Shown in pieces: positions 45,465 to 47,184 of a stretch of 47,184 nucleotides of DNA. Each line of letters begins with the position of its first letter. The stretch's first letter is position 1. The stretch covers positions 1 to 47,184 of the forward strand of contig JAZGFI010000263.1 of assembly GCA_036479435.1 (NCBI GenBank). The letters are read 5' to 3'. The translations under genes were made by a program, and so were the position numbers. The notes below the pieces were generated by a model that saw only the letters and a program-made list of their open reading frames with translations, made no database searches and was not told the DNA's origin. Source of the stretch: Planctomycetota bacterium (GTDB taxonomy: Bacteria > Planctomycetota > GCA-002687715 > DRQF01).

Positions 45465-47000
45465 ATGGGGCCGGTAAAGACCATTTCTTTGACTTTGATG
45501 CTGCTCACCGCGGCTTGCCAGCCCCTGTGGGCGCAGTATGCGCAGGCGGAAGCGGTACCCGAAGAATACCGCGCGGGATGGGAAGACTTCGACGCCAAGA
45601 CCTGCAAAAAATGGCTCACGATTCTCGCCAGCGATAAATTCGCGGGCCGGAGCACCGGCACGAAGGGCTATCAGCTCGCCGCCGACTTCATGGCCAAGCG
45701 CTTCAAAGAGTTCGGCCTGAAGCCCATCGGCGACAACGGGTCCTATTTTCAGCACGTCCCCTTCGCCCGCTTGGAGACGCAACCCAAAAAATGCTGGATT
45801 GAAGTGGTGGGCCAAAAGCCATCGCGTTTGAAGGCAAGCGCGGGCATCGCTTTCGGGCATCGCATGAGCGGCCGACCGGCGCTGGGATCTGGAAAATTAG
45901 AGGGCGAAGTGCTCTTCATCCGCGCGCGAGGAAAAAACGCTGCGCTCAAAGATCCGTCGATCATGGACGGCAAGATCTTGCTCATCAACTCGCGCAACGA
46001 TCTCAAAGCACCGCTGCGCCGCCAAGTCCGTGAGTCGAAAGCGCTCGCGGTGCTCATCGTCAAAAACTCGGTCAGCAAAGCCCACCTGCGTTCGCAGTCT
46101 GGATTGAAGATGGCGGCCGACCTTCACATCTCCGCCTTCATTCAAGAAAAGGCGGCCAAGAAACTCGCGAAGTCACTCGGCCTCGACCCCAAGCTGATGA
46201 CCAAACCCAAAGAGGACATGATTGAGTTCCAAGTCTTGGAACGGCGCATCAAGCTCAACGCCGCGGCGAAACGCAAAGACATCTTGGTGCCCAACGTCGT
46301 CGGCCTCATCGAAGGTTCTGACCCCGATCTAAGCAAAGAGGTCGTCATCCTCGGATCTCACCTCGATCACATCGGCAAAACGGGAAAAAAGATCAACAAC
46401 GGCGCTGACGACGACGGATCGGGGTCGACCGCCATCTTGGCGATCGCGCGCGCGATGTCTCGCACCCCAACCAAACCCAAGCGCAGCATCATGTTCATCG
46501 CCGTTTGCGGCGAAGAGATGGGATTACTGGGATCTCGCTACTACACCGAGAATCCGATCCTGCCGATCAAAGCCACGGTTTGCGAACTGCAAATGGACAT
46601 GATCGGCCGCAACGAGGAAGACAAAAGCCGCGGCGAGCGCGCGCGCGACAACATCGACACGCTGCATCTTGTAGGCAGCAAGCGTTTGTCGATGGAATTG
46701 CACGAGTTCATCATGGATTGCAATCGCCACCTGAAATTCAAGTTCGAGTACGACGAGGAAGACGTCTACACCCGCAGCGATCACTACAACTTCGCCAAAA
46801 AGGGCATCCCGGTGGCCTTTGTGTTCTCTGGTTTTCACCCCGACTACCACAAGCCCACCGACACCGTGGACAAGATCAATTTCAAAAAGCTCGTGAGCGT
46901 GGCGCGCCTTTACTACCTCGTGGCTCTGAAAGTCGCGAACCAAACCAAGCGCATCGTGGTCGACTCTGGCCCCCTCGCGACGCCCGGAGTCGGAAACTGA
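45465..47000 (+). CDS. M28 family aminopeptidase
   Basis: Signal peptide; GSHLDH, NGADDDGSG, GEEMGLLGS, DMIG, RSDHYNF, DYHKPTD. Confidence 0.93.
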   Translation: MGPVKTISLTLMLLTAACQPLWAQYAQAEAVPEEYRAGWEDFDAKTCKKWLTILASDKFAGRSTGTKGYQLAADFMAKRFKEFGLKPIGDNGSYFQHVPFARLETQPKKCWIEVVGQKPSRLKASAGIAFGHRMSGRPALGSGKLEGEVLFIRARGKNAALKDPSIMDGKILLINSRNDLKAPLRRQVRESKALAVLIVKNSVSKAHLRSQSGLKMAADLHISAFIQEKAAKKLAKSLGLDPKLMTKPKEDMIEFQVLERRIKLNAAAKRKDILVPNVVGLIEGSDPDLSKEVVILGSHLDHIGKTGKKINNGADDDGSGSTAILAIARAMSRTPTKPKRSIMFIAVCGEEMGLLGSRYYTENPILPIKATVCELQMDMIGRNEEDKSRGERARDNIDTLHLVGSKRLSMELHEFIMDCNRHLKFKFEYDEEDVYTRSDHYNFAKKGIPVAFVFSGFHPDYHKPTDTVDKINFKKLVSVARLYYLVALKVANQTKRIVVDSGPLATPGVGN

Positions 47001-47184
47001 CGCGACGGTCGGACCTGCCCCGCCTCATCTGCGACGAGCAAGTTCTCTTCGCAGAAAGGGCTTTTCAGGGCTTCGAACTCCAATGTCTTCCGTTTGATGC
47101 CATCGACGCCAAGGCGATTGAAGGCGCCGAGGCGCTCATCGTCCGCTCGACGACGGCCGTTGACGAATCTTTGGTCGGCGCCGC
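46997..47184 (+). CDS. pdxB: 4-phosphoerythronate dehydrogenase-like protein, 5' partial
   Basis: Frame not in ORF track: RLICDEQVLFAERAF..AEALIVRSTTAVDESLV resembles PdxB N-terminus (ADALMVRSVTKVNESLL); start codon uncertain. Confidence 0.7.
   Translation, partial: MTRRSDLPRLICDEQVLFAERAFQGFELQCLPFDAIDAKAIEGAEALIVRSTTAVDESLVGA

Overview
GC-rich bacterial chromosomal window with about 33 genes, no rRNA, tRNA or CRISPR array recognised. Gene content (ECF sigma factor fused in an operon with a TPR Ser/Thr kinase, prenyltransferase/squalene-oxidase repeat protein, many secreted proteins) suggests a Planctomycetota-like lineage; this is inference. Housekeeping-type genes: DUF885, EamA transporter, Hsp33, FadE, adenosine deaminase, HAD phosphatase, ABC efflux with TetR, M14/M28/S8 peptidases, partial pdxB. 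Most notable: (1) a secreted TlpA/thioredoxin-like protein split in the ORF track by an in-frame UGA in W-U-G-P-C and followed by a SECIS-like hairpin, i.e. a probable selenoprotein; (2) five secreted proteins with different passenger domains that end in a similar C-terminal module, a candidate lineage-specific sorting or anchoring signal; (3) an OxyR locus with a clear four-part operator driving an atypical diheme bCcP/MauG-like protein (no Met/Tyr at the canonical distal ligand position) plus Dps, followed by a CZB chemoreceptor; (4) duplicated FG-GAP propeller genes (4 vs 7 repeats of 174 nt, constant framework with hypervariable positions) flanking a decayed integrase / parDE / DUF2958 element; (5) a 35-bp perfect inverted repeat flanked by TA, an internally deleted quinone oxidoreductase gene, attC-like hairpins around an AlbA/RecG-like gene and a candidate structured RNA. 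All family calls come from motif recognition by eye; no database searches were run.
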